Assembly (NCBI GenBank): GCA_903889565.1
Contig: CAISYC010000049.1
Location: forward strand, 73,873 to 137,872
Direction of reading: 5' to 3'
DNA length: 64,000 nt
Source of the DNA: an uncultured beta proteobacterium
GTDB taxonomy: Bacteria; Pseudomonadota; Gammaproteobacteria; Burkholderiales; SG8-41
Both the position numbers and the translations under genes were made by a program. Below the pieces are notes generated by a model. That model saw only the letters and a program-made list of their open reading frames with translations, had not been told where the DNA came from and did not search any database. This document shows, one piece after another, positions 62,222 through 64,000 of the stretch (positions within the stretch are counted from its first letter, which is position 1; each line of letters opens with the position of its first letter).

Positions 62222-64000
62222 GTGGAAAATCACGCGCACTCGCCTCATCACGTCAATCGCGTCGAAGACCGCCGCCTTATCACCGGTCACGGCAAATACG
62301 CCGCCGACTGGAACGCACCGAATCAGCTCTACGCCTATTTCGTGCGCGCCGATCGCGCGCACGCCGAGATCGTCTCGATCGATGTCGAGGCGGCGCGCGC
62401 GCATCCGGGCGTGCAGCTGGTGCTGACGGGCGAGGATGCCGTGCGCGCCGGCCACGTGAATGCGCCGCACGCACTGACCTTCAAGGGCCGCAACAATACC
62501 GACACGCTGCCGACGCCGCGGCCGGCGCTGGCCTCCGGCCGTGTGCGCTTCGTCGGCGAGCCGGTCGCGATGGTGGTCGGCAACAGCGCCGCCATCGCGC
62601 AGGATGCGGCCGAACTCATCAACATCGAATACCGCGATCTGCCGGCAGTGCCGCTCGCCGAAGACGCGCTCGCCCCCGGCGCGCCGCAGTTGCACGACAC
62701 GGTGCCCGGCAATCTGCCGCTCGAATGCGAAACCGGCGACGAGAAAGCCGTCGCCGCCGGCTTTGCGCAGGCCGCCCACATCACGCGCCTCAAGGTCGAG
62801 AGCACGCGCGTCGTTGCCAACCCGCTCGAACTGCGCGCCTGCCTCGTTGCCTTCGATGCGAAAACCGGCGTCTATCGCTTCAACGTCTGCAATCAGGGCA
62901 CCACCATGCTGCGCCGGCAGATGTCGGCGTGGACCAATGTGCCCGAAGACAAACTGATTTTTGAATCGGAGGACATCGGCGGCGGTTTCGGCCAGCGCAC
63001 CGTGGCCTACCCCGAGTACTGCGCACTGATGCTGGCAACGCAAATGCTTGGCCGCCCGGTGAAATGGGTGGCGACGCGCGTCGAATGTTTTTTGTGCGAT
63101 ACGCACGGCCGCTCGAACATCATCGACGGTCAACTCGCACTCGACGCCAGCGGCAAGTTTCTTGCCATGCGACTCGACTGGATCAACGACATGGGCGCCT
63201 ATCTGTCACCGGGTGCGATGGGCCACATCCGCAACACCATGACCTGCATGACCGGCGTCTATCGCATCCCTGCGCTCTACGGCAGCTATAGGGTGGCGCT
63301 GACCAACGCTACACCGGTCGGCTCCTATCGCGGCGCCGGCCGCCCTGACATTGCGTATGTCGTCGAGCGGCTGGTGAATGCGGCGGCGCGCGAACTCAAC
63401 ATTGATGCCGCCGAACTACGGCGCCGCAATTTCATTGCGCCTGAAGCCTTTCCGTACAAAACGCCGACCGGCTCGACCTATGAAATCGCCGATCTGCCGG
63501 GCATGCTGCAAAAAGCACTCAAGCTGTCGGATTGGAACGGCTTTGAAAAACGCCGTGCGCAATCGGCGGCCACCGGCAAGCTGCGCGGCATTGGCATCTC
63601 GTCAGTGATCGAAAATACCGGCGCCGGCCAGATGGCCGACGAAGTTGAAATTACGCTCGACGCCTCAGGCATGGTCACCGTGCACACGGTGGCAAAGGCG
63701 CAGGGCCACGGCCACGAAACCACCTATGCAATGATCGTCAGCAAGGCGCTAGGCCTGCCGCTCGAGCGGATCAAGATTGTGCAATGCCTGCCGGGCATGA
63801 CGATAAAGGGCAATCACACGGGCGGTTCGCGCAGCACGGTCGGCGCCGGCAGCGTTTGCCATCTCGCCGCCGGCAAACTGATCGAACACGGCAAGTCGCT
63901 TGCCGCACTCGAGATGAAACTCGAGCCGTCGCAGATCGCGTATGCGAACGGCGTCTTCACCTCAACACAGTCGAAGCAAAGCATCGAACTGGCGGCGCTG
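62222..64000 (+). CDS. xanthine-dehydrogenase-family molybdopterin-binding large subunit (CoxL/aldehyde-oxidase-like), 3'-truncated by window end
   Basis: Open frame from GTG 62222 (AGGAG SD at 62208-62212) to the window end, absent from the supplied ORF track. My translation reads 'VNRVEDRRLITGHGKYAAD', 'GGGFGQR', 'GSYRGAGRPDIAYVVERL' and 'AQGHGHETTYAMIV'. Confidence 0.85.
   Translation, partial: MENHAHSPHHVNRVEDRRLITGHGKYAADWNAPNQLYAYFVRADRAHAEIVSIDVEAARAHPGVQLVLTGEDAVRAGHVNAPHALTFKGRNNTDTLPTPRPALASGRVRFVGEPVAMVVGNSAAIAQDAAELINIEYRDLPAVPLAEDALAPGAPQLHDTVPGNLPLECETGDEKAVAAGFAQAAHITRLKVESTRVVANPLELRACLVAFDAKTGVYRFNVCNQGTTMLRRQMSAWTNVPEDKLIFESEDIGGGFGQRTVAYPEYCALMLATQMLGRPVKWVATRVECFLCDTHGRSNIIDGQLALDASGKFLAMRLDWINDMGAYLSPGAMGHIRNTMTCMTGVYRIPALYGSYRVALTNATPVGSYRGAGRPDIAYVVERLVNAAARELNIDAAELRRRNFIAPEAFPYKTPTGSTYEIADLPGMLQKALKLSDWNGFEKRRAQSAATGKLRGIGISSVIENTGAGQMADEVEITLDASGMVTVHTVAKAQGHGHETTYAMIVSKALGLPLERIKIVQCLPGMTIKGNHTGGSRSTVGAGSVCHLAAGKLIEHGKSLAALEMKLEPSQIAYANGVFTSTQSKQSIELAAL

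Noticed and set aside
62216-63133. 305-aa minus-strand ORF
   Set aside because: It is antisense to the molybdopterin-subunit gene, which reads open in plus frame 2 with conserved motifs.
1-64000. CRISPR arrays, rRNA, tRNA, prophage or conjugation genes
   Set aside because: No regularly spaced direct repeats, no tRNA-like cloverleaf candidates and no phage or conjugative gene signatures were seen on either strand. A covariance-model scan was not possible.

Overview
The window is a high-GC chromosomal segment (about 62-68% G+C in the 60-nt lines I counted by hand). It looks betaproteobacterial, of the Burkholderiales type; that is inferred from gene content and repeat families, not from a search. 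I call 65 protein-coding genes and find no rRNA, tRNA or CRISPR array.

The dominant theme is 16 Bug/TctC-type periplasmic solute-binding proteins. No TctA or TctB membrane partner lies in the window. The Bug genes are interleaved with catabolic enzymes:
- three alpha/beta hydrolases, a phosphotriesterase-family lactonase-like protein and an MBL hydrolase
- two TPP enzymes and a fused A/B CoA-transferase
- a two-subunit GMC flavoprotein dehydrogenase and a molybdo-hydroxylase large subunit
- threonine aldolase with an aminotransferase, and an ACAD-fold flavin monooxygenase

Observations most worth a second look:
1. A ~1.3-kb low-GC islet (18.9-20.3 kb) carries a DUF3883-type PD-(D/E)xK nuclease translationally coupled to an unrecognised 126-aa protein. 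This is a candidate toxin-immunity or defence module that I cannot assign to a named system.
2. A REP-associated tyrosine transposase (RAYT) is bracketed by 36-bp inverted GTAG-headed REPs. A second GTAG-headed REP family brackets other genes.
3. A ParE toxin is inactivated by one in-frame TAA, next to an intact antitoxin.
4. Two perfect sigma-54 promoter matches occur. One drives an orphan long type IV pilin whose canonical leader appears only with a TTG start. The other drives a small Cys-rich membrane-anchored protein.
5. There is a pair of paralogous 4-TM proteins.
6. A short BLUF photoreceptor gene is convergent with a PAS histidine kinase that has no response regulator nearby.

All family calls come from motif recognition by eye. 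No HMM or BLAST searches were run. Many long ORFs in the supplied track are antisense shadow ORFs typical of GC-rich DNA and were rejected.
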